This document shows, piece by piece, positions 10,057 to 19,130 of a stretch of 64,000 nt of DNA. The translations under genes were made by a program, and so were the position numbers. Where the stretch lies: the IMG/VR virus record IMGVR_UViG_3300017646_000001, positions 53,657-117,656 of that record; one strand, given 5' to 3'. The notes under the pieces are model-generated. The model saw nothing but the letters and a program-made list of their open reading frames with translations, searched no databases and had not been told where the DNA came from. Every line of letters begins with the position of its first letter. The stretch's first letter is position 1. Source of the stretch: a virus.

Positions 10057-10785
10057 ATGAATAACAGACAGTTTCAACATTTGCTGAACCAAGTCTTCGA
10101 CCGGCTACAACAGCTTTCAGCTACCAAGGGACAAGAATATACCCAAGGCGAAGCCGGTGGCGAACGGCTTCGCAACTTCAAGCGACCCGCTGAAAACGTA
10201 GGTGATCACCCACTCAAGGCATGGTGGTACTACCTCAACAAGCACTACGAGTCGATTACGACCTTCGTTAAGCAGGTGAGCGACGGCACGTTTGCGGGTC
10301 ACGACCAGCTTTCTGAACCGATGGAGGGTCGTTTCCACGACCTGATCCTGTACGGCATCCTGGGCATCGGGTTGATGCGCGATACTGTGCCCGTAGACGA
10401 CCGTCAGCGTCAGCTGTGGGAAGACGCAGCTCATGAGCATGCTTACCCAACCGAGCAGGCCGAGCCGCCAACAACCCTGCCCGAACTGCAGGCCTTCGTC
10501 GCCCAGTGGGCTGGTCAAGTTTTTCCACAGCGCACGCTTGATACGATTCGCGCTAAGCTTGTGCACCACGAACTGCCAGAACTAATGGTAGCTCTCGGCG
10601 ACCGCGATTGGGATAAGGTGGACGACGAAATGGTGGACAACGTCATCTTGATTATGGACCACATGAGCTTGCGCGGCAAGGACTTGCTCACGGCTATTCG
10701 CGACAAGCAGCGTGTTAATCTGCGCCGACGTTGGCAGCAAGATGCGAACGGCGTCTCCTCTCACATCAAGGAAGAAAAAGAATGA
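10057..10785 (+). CDS. Two-domain protein: Nmad/DUF1599-like N-terminus + DUF550/MazG-like dNTP pyrophosphohydrolase (MazZ-like)
   Basis: KGQEY..RLRNF..DLILYGIL N-terminal motif; C-terminal WAGQVFP...HELPEL...DEMVDNVIL...KQRVNLRRRW MazG-type acidic motif; adjacent to purZ. Confidence 0.7.
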   Translation: MNNRQFQHLLNQVFDRLQQLSATKGQEYTQGEAGGERLRNFKRPAENVGDHPLKAWWYYLNKHYESITTFVKQVSDGTFAGHDQLSEPMEGRFHDLILYGILGIGLMRDTVPVDDRQRQLWEDAAHEHAYPTEQAEPPTTLPELQAFVAQWAGQVFPQRTLDTIRAKLVHHELPELMVALGDRDWDKVDDEMVDNVILIMDHMSLRGKDLLTAIRDKQRVNLRRRWQQDANGVSSHIKEEKE

Positions 10786-11468
10786 GCGGTATTCCTAAAA
10801 GTCACGTTTCTTCCTTTCCTGCTTATGGGCCGATGAGCTACATCGATGCGGCCTTTTCGACTTCGCATCTGCGCCGGTTTCACATGTGCCGCGTCCAGCG
10901 TGAGTCTCACCTGTCGGACCATACGGTGCGGGTAGCTTTCGCCTTCCGCCACTTCTTGCGCATGTGGCTGGACAACCGCGACGTGCAGGCTTGGCTGGAT
11001 ACACAACCATCCATTTCCATTACCAATATACGGCTCATAGGGCTAGAAATGGCGCTCGACCACGATCTACTGGAAGTGCTGACTGGTGACGTGGCTTCCC
11101 ATGTGAAAACCCCTGAAATCCGCACCCAGCTTAAAGACCTGGAAAAACACTTAGCCAGCACGGTAGAACATGGGGAGTGGCACTTCCAGTCCACGTATCC
11201 TGAGACCGAAACCGATAGCCATAAGGTGGCATCTAAGCTGGTTAAGTTGGCTGATATTGCGGAATCCCTTATTTTCGCCTACTACAATCAGGGATTCGGT
11301 CCACTCATGCAGGATCGCAAGAGCCGCTGGGTGAACAATAACTACGACAAGATGGCCACTCAGTACATTGACAACCTACCTGAGCCTTTCTTCCCCGAAA
11401 GCTTCCGCGTTAACATGCGCAACTTTATCGTGGATCGAAAGGCTGACGTCGCTCCACAACATGCCTGA
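10782..11468 (+). CDS. HD-domain deoxynucleotidase (YfbR/DatZ-like dATPase)
   Basis: LRRF...ESHLSDHT...DHDLLEVLTGD...KLADIAE HD motif set; ATGA-coupled to mazZ-like gene. Confidence 0.8.
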   Translation: MSGIPKSHVSSFPAYGPMSYIDAAFSTSHLRRFHMCRVQRESHLSDHTVRVAFAFRHFLRMWLDNRDVQAWLDTQPSISITNIRLIGLEMALDHDLLEVLTGDVASHVKTPEIRTQLKDLEKHLASTVEHGEWHFQSTYPETETDSHKVASKLVKLADIAESLIFAYYNQGFGPLMQDRKSRWVNNNYDKMATQYIDNLPEPFFPESFRVNMRNFIVDRKADVAPQHA

Positions 11469-11886
11469 TACCACCCACGGCATTAATTGTCCACAATGCG
11501 GCGGCGACTCCCGAGTTATTGATTCCAGGCCCATGGTATCAATGATCAGACGCCGCCGCGCCTGCCGCGTGTGTGGATTTCGGTTCTCTACGGGAGAGAT
11601 CGTACTGCCCGAGTCCGCTAGTTCAGACGCGGAAAGGATCGTTACTGAAATCCAACAACACATAATTCACCAAGGCGGCAAGAAGTTTCAACACCGCAAG
11701 ACGCCGGCCGAACGCATTATCATGGAAAAAAGGAAGAAGACTGCGCAAGCGGCGCGTATAGTGAAACAGATTAAGCCCTTTACTCCTCCTATTATTCCCA
11801 ATACAGTGCTAGACGATCAAGCTAAGCGTAAGCGCGACTTGATTAACTCCAGGTACGAACAGGTACCGGACGAGGACGACTGGTAA
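11461..11886 (+). CDS. NrdR-like Zn-ribbon protein (no ATP-cone)
   Basis: CPQCGGDSRVIDSR...IRRRRACRVCGFRFSTGE. Confidence 0.8.
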   Translation: MPDTTHGINCPQCGGDSRVIDSRPMVSMIRRRRACRVCGFRFSTGEIVLPESASSDAERIVTEIQQHIIHQGGKKFQHRKTPAERIIMEKRKKTAQAARIVKQIKPFTPPIIPNTVLDDQAKRKRDLINSRYEQVPDEDDW

Positions 11887-11894
11887 ATACAGAT

Positions 11895-11920
11895 TGGGCC
11901 CCAAGCGGGGCCCAAAATTT
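11895..11920. terminator. Hairpin between convergent genes (probable bidirectional terminator)
   Basis: TTGGGCCCC-AAGC-GGGGCCCAA. Confidence 0.65.
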
Positions 11921-11934
11921 ATGCCGTTTATTTG

Positions 11935-12963
11935 TTACAGCAGGGCGCGGGACAGCTCCAGGGCACGGTCCTTCAGCTTGCGGCCCATTCCGAACCAGGC
12001 GCTTTGCAGCCGGCTGTCGTCGCTCTTAGCGGCCACTTCGTGGTCCGCATACTCGCTGCACGCCGCCAGCATCTGCCACGCGGTACCGGACACACCCGGC
12101 AGGTCCGAACCCAGGGCTTCGCCGTCGTACAGGCGCATGATTTCCTTGTAGGCCTTGGAGGCCTTGACCTGCTCGGTGTTGCGCATGTATTCGGCGCGGC
12201 TGGTTTGCGGCGTCAGCAGAGCGACCAGGAATTCTTCGGTTTTCTGGGTGTTGAGCTGCACCTTGGCCAGTTCGCGGCTGGTTTCGAGAAAGGCGCTGAA
12301 CTCGTCGTTGACGCTGGCCAGTTGAGCCTTGACCTTGGCTGGGACGAACTTGGAGCTGTGCGGCACGTTGATGCGGCCGTCATGCGAACTGCCGTTGAGC
12401 GCCAGGGTGAAGGTGTTGTTGCAGACGACGCGAATCGGAGTGAACATGGCAACCGTGCTCATCATGCCGTCGTAGCTGGTGGCCAGCAGCAGGCGCGACC
12501 GCACTTCGTCTCCTGGCGTCACTTCGCCTTCGAAGTTGGTGTTGGCCAAGCACCAGATGCGGCTGCCGCCCTTCAGGGAACCCGCGCTTTCCAGGGTGAA
12601 GCCCTGCTCGCCGACGAGGTCTCGGAAGAATTCCAGCACTTCACCGGGCTGCACCACTTGGTACCGGCTGGACACCACGCTCATGGCGGCTTGCGTGTCG
12701 GAGCGGTACAGGACGTGGCGGTCCAGCATGCGGTGGAAGATTTCGGCTTCGCCCGTCTTGGGATCGCCTTCGACGTATTCCGGATTCGGTACCGCGTATT
12801 CGACCGGAGTGCGCTGGATGCTCCAGTTCAGGCCGGCCGCTTCTTGCCATTCGGGAATGGAAGCCTCCGAATCCAACTTCTTGCCGAACCCGTGCCAGGG
12901 AACTTCCCCAGCGTAGGCGATGGCATGGGTGCCATCTTTTTTGACGTCCAAATCATGCGACAT
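11935..12963 (-). CDS. DUF932 family phage/plasmid protein
   Basis: EVPWHGFG, Y..VQP.E...FF, AGSLKGG..IW, SYDG, TPIRVVCNNT, GTAW. Confidence 0.85.
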   Translation of the reverse strand: MSHDLDVKKDGTHAIAYAGEVPWHGFGKKLDSEASIPEWQEAAGLNWSIQRTPVEYAVPNPEYVEGDPKTGEAEIFHRMLDRHVLYRSDTQAAMSVVSSRYQVVQPGEVLEFFRDLVGEQGFTLESAGSLKGGSRIWCLANTNFEGEVTPGDEVRSRLLLATSYDGMMSTVAMFTPIRVVCNNTFTLALNGSSHDGRINVPHSSKFVPAKVKAQLASVNDEFSAFLETSRELAKVQLNTQKTEEFLVALLTPQTSRAEYMRNTEQVKASKAYKEIMRLYDGEALGSDLPGVSGTAWQMLAACSEYADHEVAAKSDDSRLQSAWFGMGRKLKDRALELSRALL

Positions 12964-13035
12964 AGTAAGCTCCAGAGGAAGTAAAGGGTGTGCTACCTTT
13001 ACTGACGCTCAGAGAGCTTTCTGTTACCGGTAAAA

Positions 13036-13542
13036 CTACGCAGGTATACCCCGGTACTCGTCGAAACACAGCAGAATTAGATAGTCATGTAGTTCTGCTT
13101 TATACTGAGTACGATATTGGGGCAGTACGACTCGATGTTTATGCAACCGGTTAAACTTCAGCGGAACATAAGGCTCTAACTTAGCTTCATCCACTAGCCC
13201 CTGGGGCCGTTTTACCTGCAAAATGCATTCGGTAGGATGTAGAGGCACTACGACACTATAGTCCGTATAAGTGTCTGTCAGCTGCAGATCGTCGTGCCAG
13301 GGTACTTGATCCGCTATCAGTACATCCAACCCGACACGTCGCTCCGTATTGTCGAAAAATTCTCGTCGCCCGTATTCGATCAGCCGATCTCGCTCCTTTA
13401 ACTGGGATACAATGTGGCTGCCTACAGTTTGTATACCGAAGATGGCTCCACCGTTTCGGGCAGAAGCCATCTCAATCAGATTAACTCCCAGTTTGTGGTA
13501 TTCAGACGGGACGTCGATGGGGTTGTATTTGCGGATCGTCAT
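13036..13542 (-). CDS. Hypothetical protein, possible cupin/2OG-Fe(II) fold
   Basis: PWHDD...FNRLHKHRV resembles HxD...H. Confidence 0.45.
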   Translation of the reverse strand: MTIRKYNPIDVPSEYHKLGVNLIEMASARNGGAIFGIQTVGSHIVSQLKERDRLIEYGRREFFDNTERRVGLDVLIADQVPWHDDLQLTDTYTDYSVVVPLHPTECILQVKRPQGLVDEAKLEPYVPLKFNRLHKHRVVLPQYRTQYKAELHDYLILLCFDEYRGIPA

Positions 13543-13981
13543 ATTCTTCGTATATTTTTTCTAATACTTGGGTATCGCGCGATTTGCCTGAGCCATAGTT
13601 GACAACTATCTGAGAATAGATTCGATCTGTAACATCCCGGTATGTAGCTCGTTCTGCGCTAGGTAGTGCCAATACCCGCATTAAGTCCCTCTCTGACATA
13701 CCGTAAAGCAATAAGATGCGGAAGTTATAGCTACGTACCGCTTCTACCAAGAGCTTGGTAGCGCGGGTGACCGACTCCATGTCCGGCGTAGCGAAAGCGT
13801 GTCCTACCCCGCTATCCGACGCCGAGACATGAAACCATAGGTTGTCTTTTAGCTGGATAGACTGTCCTTGCACCAGATTAGGTATGGCCAGTAGGAGGCG
13901 TAACTCATGTAGGTTCAGGGTAAAACTCACCCTGAACCAAGCGTCTCCCACTCTCCCGGTATTGAAGTAAAACCGTTTCAC
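13502..13981 (-). CDS. Hypothetical protein
   Basis: Part of overlapping minus-strand operon. Confidence 0.5.
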   Translation of the reverse strand: MKRFYFNTGRVGDAWFRVSFTLNLHELRLLLAIPNLVQGQSIQLKDNLWFHVSASDSGVGHAFATPDMESVTRATKLLVEAVRSYNFRILLLYGMSERDLMRVLALPSAERATYRDVTDRIYSQIVVNYGSGKSRDTQVLEKIYEEYDDPQIQPHRRPV

Positions 13982-14172
13982 AGTTGAGAAGCCGCGAACG
14001 TGCCGATGTACTGGGTTTGGAGCTTATAGCTGGCTCCTAGGGCTTGAGCTAAGTCAGCTAAGCCCTGGTCCACTAGCACTCGTTGGATAAGCTCCATGTT
14101 GGCCCGCTCGGCTTCGGGTTCGGGCAGCCCGTTTTTGTTTAAGAAGAACTGGGTGAGATAGGACTGGCTCAT
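13978..14172 (-). CDS. Hypothetical protein
   Basis: Overlap-coupled to neighbours. Confidence 0.5.
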   Translation of the reverse strand: MSQSYLTQFFLNKNGLPEPEAERANMELIQRVLVDQGLADLAQALGASYKLQTQYIGTFAASQL

Positions 14173-14990
14173 GCTTGGTCTCCGGCGTGATCCAATTGCA
14201 GCGGAGCCCCGGGCAGCATTTCAGCGTCCTCCGCGTCGTATTGTACAATGCGGTTGACGTTGACCTTGTCCGCGTCCACGTGGCCTACTGCCACGGCGTC
14301 CGTAACCGGCAGCTTTTGTTCCTTGTAGGAGAAATCCTCGTTCGGAAACTGTTGCGCGACCAGGGCCTCTTTCAGCGCCACCAAGCTCGTGCCGTCGCTA
14401 GCATGAACTTCGGCGCGCTCTCGGCCATACACTTCGACCACCTTGCGCAGCAGCGCGGATACCATACCGCGACGATACTGGTCCTTCCAGCGGCGTCGAG
14501 TGGACGCGTACACAGGTTTACCTATGCCTTGTAGCCGCGCCAACTCCGACTTCCACCCTTCGTCGGTCAAGCGGTTGATTTGATCCAGCAGGTACGAGAA
14601 CGTCCATCGGGCCACGGTCACGTCGGCCGAATAGCCGAAGATACGCATCGACGGTACGAGGTCTACGTTTTGATCCGGGCCCGCCATTTTCCACGTAATC
14701 CGGGTGTGGCATTGAAAGACCCGAGCCACTCCCGTAGCAAGCCAATTGTAGTAGGTCGGCAGCTTCTTTTCATACTGATGCTCGGCCATTTCTTCGCTGA
14801 CGATTTGGCCATCCTTGTGGCGTAGCTCGTGAGCGATTAGGTCTGCTTCTTCCAGCTGGTACTGGGCCATCATCTTAGCCGCTTGCGCGGCTGCCACAGC
14901 GGCTTCGTTTTGGTTGCCGCGCCCGTCTCGCGCCACGGCGTACAGCTTGCGAATGCGGTCCAGAATTTTCTGGAGTTTGTCTTCACTCAC
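14169..14990 (-). CDS. DUF2786-domain protein
   Basis: KILDRIRKLYAVA...NEAAVAAAQAAKMMAQY. Confidence 0.8.
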   Translation of the reverse strand: MSEDKLQKILDRIRKLYAVARDGRGNQNEAAVAAAQAAKMMAQYQLEEADLIAHELRHKDGQIVSEEMAEHQYEKKLPTYYNWLATGVARVFQCHTRITWKMAGPDQNVDLVPSMRIFGYSADVTVARWTFSYLLDQINRLTDEGWKSELARLQGIGKPVYASTRRRWKDQYRRGMVSALLRKVVEVYGRERAEVHASDGTSLVALKEALVAQQFPNEDFSYKEQKLPVTDAVAVGHVDADKVNVNRIVQYDAEDAEMLPGAPLQLDHAGDQA

Positions 14991-15279
14991 GTTCGTTCTC
15001 CTTCTTGGCGTATTTGGCGGGATTCAGCAAACGGTCCATGCGGGCGCGCTTGTGGTTCTTGTTGACTTGCTTGAAGATTGGATGTTTGGGCTCGGCCGCT
15101 TTGATCACCCGGCCAGTTTGGCCACGAGCACGGCGGGTGAGCTGCTTGTCGAAGTCGCGTACCAGGTTGTCCATTTCCACTTTGGTGGCTTCCTGCACGG
15201 CTTCCACCATGTTGCGCTGACTTCGGGTGGCCAAAGCTGCCGCCGCGATCGTAATCTTGGAACTTTCGGAAAATTTCAC
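14983..15279 (-). CDS. Hypothetical basic protein
   Basis: GGAG RBS, first gene of minus-strand operon. Confidence 0.6.
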   Translation of the reverse strand: MKFSESSKITIAAAALATRSQRNMVEAVQEATKVEMDNLVRDFDKQLTRRARGQTGRVIKAAEPKHPIFKQVNKNHKRARMDRLLNPAKYAKKENERE

Positions 15280-15352
15280 TGCGTATCTCCAGTTGTGTAT
15301 ATCGGCTTCTAACCTTTCCGATAGCGCCGAACCATATTGAAACGGTTGAACC

Positions 15353-15709
15353 GTGTTTCCTTCTCTGTACGCTGTGCAGTATCAGTATGAAAGTCAAGAA
15401 ATCCTACTGGAGGACCAAGTGTCTCAGGAGGTTCACTTGGTGGAATTTGCGCGGTTTAAAAGCATGGCCGTGACTTTCTTCGGCCCAATCCGCGCAGATC
15501 GTCTGATTAGTGAAGTGACCTCGGGTCGGCATATGTACCTCTCGTTTGTAGAGGGCAAGATGGGGTATAAGACTTCGAGTACCGATTTTCAAACTGCGTT
15601 TTATCAACGCGCTTTAAGCGCAGATAATATCGCGGTGGAACAAAATATTGAAGCCGATCCTTTATTGGATTTGGAAGAGCATCATAAGTCTATCATGGGA
15701 ACCGCCTAA
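15353..15709 (+). CDS. Hypothetical protein, start of head module
   Basis: ORF abutting next gene. Confidence 0.55.
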   Translation: MFPSLYAVQYQYESQEILLEDQVSQEVHLVEFARFKSMAVTFFGPIRADRLISEVTSGRHMYLSFVEGKMGYKTSSTDFQTAFYQRALSADNIAVEQNIEADPLLDLEEHHKSIMGTA

Positions 15710-15711
15710 TA

Positions 15712-18700
15712 ATGACTCCTGCGCTGTTGGAACGTGTCAAGCGATATCATCACTTAACGCGCGTGCAAAAGATCGCACAGCAAGAAAGCGAATCTATTAC
15801 GGCTTACCATGGTACGACCCAAGGAAAATTCGACGCGTTTAAGCCGAATTATCGTAAAGGAGAACAGCTGGGGTTTGGCATCCACTTTGCGGCAGAAGAA
15901 GATCTAGCTCGTTTGTACGCTTTTGATGATGCGGTGTCCCGGAAGGGGAAAGAGCCAACCCTCTATACCGTTCGACTGCATGTTAACCGTATGCTGGACT
16001 TGGATCGAATTGTATCTGAGGGCGACCCCGATTACGATTTGGCGAAGAAAATTGCGGGTCGAGCGTTTTATCCCGTCAAAAACGAGCACGGCGTGCCGTC
16101 CGTTTACCTGCAAAATGCAGTGGATGCTAGTCCCAACGGTAAGCGAACTGAGCAGCTCATTCGCGCGGCTGGGTACGATGGAGTAAGGTATAAGGCTAAG
16201 ATCGTATCTCCTAACGCGTATAGCTTTCAAACGCGCGCCGAAGGCATTTCGTACATCGTGTTTGATCCTGATCAAGTAGAGATCGTCAGCATGGTGCATG
16301 AGGCTGAAGAGTTGGACGAGTTCATGAGCGGCGGCGGTGAGTACGAGGTCACGCGGCAAAACGCGGGGAGCTTTCAGGCCAAGTTTCCAGCAGCGGACGG
16401 CGAAGTAGTGTTTAGCGCCGAGTGCAATGACTCGGACGAGTGGCTGGTGGAGTTTCACCACCGGAGTGAGCGCAGTGCGAGTCGAGGCGAGGTGAGTTAC
16501 GGCGACCTCAACACTGCCGACCGCTACTCGATTCTGTCCACGGTAGCAGCCATCATGCACCAGTTCCTTACCTACTACCAGCCCGAGCGCGTTGAGTTCT
16601 ACGCCGATAAGGGAGCAAAAGGTCGTGGGCGCGCCTCGACGTACCGCCGCATGATGGATCGCGCCCTGGCCAGTACCGGTTACCGGTACGACGTCGAGCA
16701 TGGCGGTAATTCGGAAGAATTTCTTTACATCCTCACACCTGCTGCCGTCCGCACCGAGTCCGTCACCGCTGTGCGCATAGATGACTTGGATGATTGGACC
16801 GAGACTATGCAGCAGGAAGGCTACGCGCTCGACTCCACCACCAACCCCGGCACTCTGTTGGCGTTTTCCATGGTTGGCAGCCGCCGACTCTTCCATGGTT
16901 ATTGGGTTTCTGAAGCCAACGTAGGCTATTACGACCCTCAAACCCCGTTCCGCGAGTACGATCAAATGCTGAAGCATCTCAAAGAAAACGCCGTCACGTC
17001 CTACTTCAAGGCCGACTACTACCAGGTCCAGCAGGACGGGAACAAGATCACGGTGTGGCTCAAAGACCCCAGCCGCTACTACGACGCAGTGGAAATCTAC
17101 AGCGCTATCGACGGCGCGGTGAAGCTGCAGGATGTGGAACAGGACGGCCGCGTCGGCATTTCGTTTGAGCTGAACAACGAATCCTATCCTGAAACCCGCC
17201 CTGACGCCAACCTGCCTCAAATCCCAGCTGTGGCTCCTACCACGGCTCAAAAGCAGCCCGTTCAGCCTGGCATCAACGAATCAGTGAAGGGCTACTCCAT
17301 TCGCAACACCGCCCCCGACGTTTGGCGCGTCTTTAAAGACGGACAGACTGCCGCTATCTCGGACGCCTTCAAGACCTCGGCAGAAGCCAGGGCCTGGCTT
17401 CGGAACTACGTGGGCGTAAATGAGGTCCGAACTCAACGTCGGAAGCTGGAAGCCGGTATTGACCAATACTGGTGGGTGGTCAAGAAGGGTACTAAGTCGG
17501 TAGTGGAAGGTCCGTTTGATACCAAGGCGCAGGCCGAACAGGAGGCTGCCAGCCTGCGCAAGGTAGGTGACGCGATCGAGGTGGTCCAGGGAGACTTCCT
17601 CGGAAACGGTCAGCTGGCGGACGCTAGCGCAGACCAGGAGTATGACGGCTTCGAAGACTGGGCCGACGCGCTGGTCGCCAAGTACGGCCCCGAAGTGGAT
17701 TACGAGCCCGACGCTGGAGACGATCAAACCACCCGTGCTATGTTTAATGGTCGCTTGGTAGGCGTGTTTCACGCTGATGCAAACGACGACATGACCGGCT
17801 CTGGTACGGTCATGGCGGGTTCCAGCACCGCTGCGCCACTTGACGAGGCCAAGTGGGAACCGGCCGCCGGGTATCAGCTGCCGGACGGTATCGGATTCAG
17901 TCTGTCCCCTTACGACAACATTCGCTTCTTGACTCGAGACTTCAAGGTCTGGGAAAAGGAGATGAAGAAGGTGAAAGGTACTACCTTCGACGATCGTGGT
18001 GACGGCAAAATCGTAGCCATGGTTGGTCCGCATCCGACGGGACTGTGGGATGGCGAAGCTGGCGTGAAATTTAGCGCCAACGTAGTCATGGACAAGCCTC
18101 AAACCGAATCGAGCTACAAGGTAGCGGTGTACCCGCCTAAGACGGGACAAAACCAGACTGAACAGTGGATGGCTACCACTTGGCTGGGCTCGGGCAAAGA
18201 AGGCCAGAAGGTTGGCCTGGGTAAGAATCGAGATGCTGCCGTGGCTGATCTCAAGAGCCAACTTGAAGGGCAGGGTTCGAACGCTGTGCTGCCGCGCACG
18301 GGTGGCCCTGACGATTTTAACTCGGCTGGCGTCGATTGGTTCCAAAAGGAAGACGGAGACGACGCTCAAACCTTGGACTATGGTGCGGATGGCGCGAGCA
18401 ATACGATGGGGGCCATGAGCCGTGCTCGTCGTCAAGCCCCGGGTCGAACGGTTAAGAAGCGCGTTGACGGCGAATTGCCAGACGGCGTGCGCGAAAACCA
18501 GGGCTATGAAGTTCCGAGCGACAACTCGCTGCCGTATACGGGTCAAATCGGTGGACAGCGTTCGTTGGACGACCCGCTACCCGCTGAAGAGGCTCAAGGC
18601 GATCAAACGCGTGAAATCTGCCACTTCCGAGCCTACAACAAGCGTGGTCGGTGTGTGGCTACGGCTCGCAACGCCATGAAGCTGCACGACCGCCTCGTCC

Positions 18701-19128
18701 AAAAGGGAATTAATCCGGACTCGGTACGCATCGCTCGCGTGTCGGGTGATGTGAACTATGAGGCCGAAGGCGTGGCCGGTCGAGCGGCTGATCAGGTTTC
18801 GGGTGGTCGTCCGTATCCTGTGCTGACAGACGACCAGACTTCGACCGTTAAAAAGCGTAATCGCGGAGGTAACATGGATAAGGAATTCGTCGACGACCTG
18901 TCGGGCCTGTTGGTCAAGCCGGGCCGATTCTACATCATGATGGATAGCGGCTCAATTGTGAGCGATAACGATGGCGAAGGCTTCGCTACCGAGCAAGAAG
19001 CCGAGCAGTGGTTCGAGGACAACTACGAGGAGCATGGCCTGGGTGGTGAAGTGGGCCACGGCCTGCAAGACTTGGGCGACGTGGGCGTTTCGATTCTGAG
19101 CTACCAAGACTTGAAGGCGTCTCAGTAA
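15712..19128 (+). CDS. Large multidomain putative internal virion polyprotein with N-terminal ADP-ribosyltransferase-like domain
   Basis: AYHGTT..FDAF...GFGIHFA...YA...GYDGV..YIVFDPDQV (ART-PolyVal-like); many hydrophobic-x-E sites between modules; internal repeats. Confidence 0.65.
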   Translation: MTPALLERVKRYHHLTRVQKIAQQESESITAYHGTTQGKFDAFKPNYRKGEQLGFGIHFAAEEDLARLYAFDDAVSRKGKEPTLYTVRLHVNRMLDLDRIVSEGDPDYDLAKKIAGRAFYPVKNEHGVPSVYLQNAVDASPNGKRTEQLIRAAGYDGVRYKAKIVSPNAYSFQTRAEGISYIVFDPDQVEIVSMVHEAEELDEFMSGGGEYEVTRQNAGSFQAKFPAADGEVVFSAECNDSDEWLVEFHHRSERSASRGEVSYGDLNTADRYSILSTVAAIMHQFLTYYQPERVEFYADKGAKGRGRASTYRRMMDRALASTGYRYDVEHGGNSEEFLYILTPAAVRTESVTAVRIDDLDDWTETMQQEGYALDSTTNPGTLLAFSMVGSRRLFHGYWVSEANVGYYDPQTPFREYDQMLKHLKENAVTSYFKADYYQVQQDGNKITVWLKDPSRYYDAVEIYSAIDGAVKLQDVEQDGRVGISFELNNESYPETRPDANLPQIPAVAPTTAQKQPVQPGINESVKGYSIRNTAPDVWRVFKDGQTAAISDAFKTSAEARAWLRNYVGVNEVRTQRRKLEAGIDQYWWVVKKGTKSVVEGPFDTKAQAEQEAASLRKVGDAIEVVQGDFLGNGQLADASADQEYDGFEDWADALVAKYGPEVDYEPDAGDDQTTRAMFNGRLVGVFHADANDDMTGSGTVMAGSSTAAPLDEAKWEPAAGYQLPDGIGFSLSPYDNIRFLTRDFKVWEKEMKKVKGTTFDDRGDGKIVAMVGPHPTGLWDGEAGVKFSANVVMDKPQTESSYKVAVYPPKTGQNQTEQWMATTWLGSGKEGQKVGLGKNRDAAVADLKSQLEGQGSNAVLPRTGGPDDFNSAGVDWFQKEDGDDAQTLDYGADGASNTMGAMSRARRQAPGRTVKKRVDGELPDGVRENQGYEVPSDNSLPYTGQIGGQRSLDDPLPAEEAQGDQTREICHFRAYNKRGRCVATARNAMKLHDRLVQKGINPDSVRIARVSGDVNYEAEGVAGRAADQVSGGRPYPVLTDDQTSTVKKRNRGGNMDKEFVDDLSGLLVKPGRFYIMMDSGSIVSDNDGEGFATEQEAEQWFEDNYEEHGLGGEVGHGLQDLGDVGVSILSYQDLKASQ

Positions 19129-19130
19129 CC

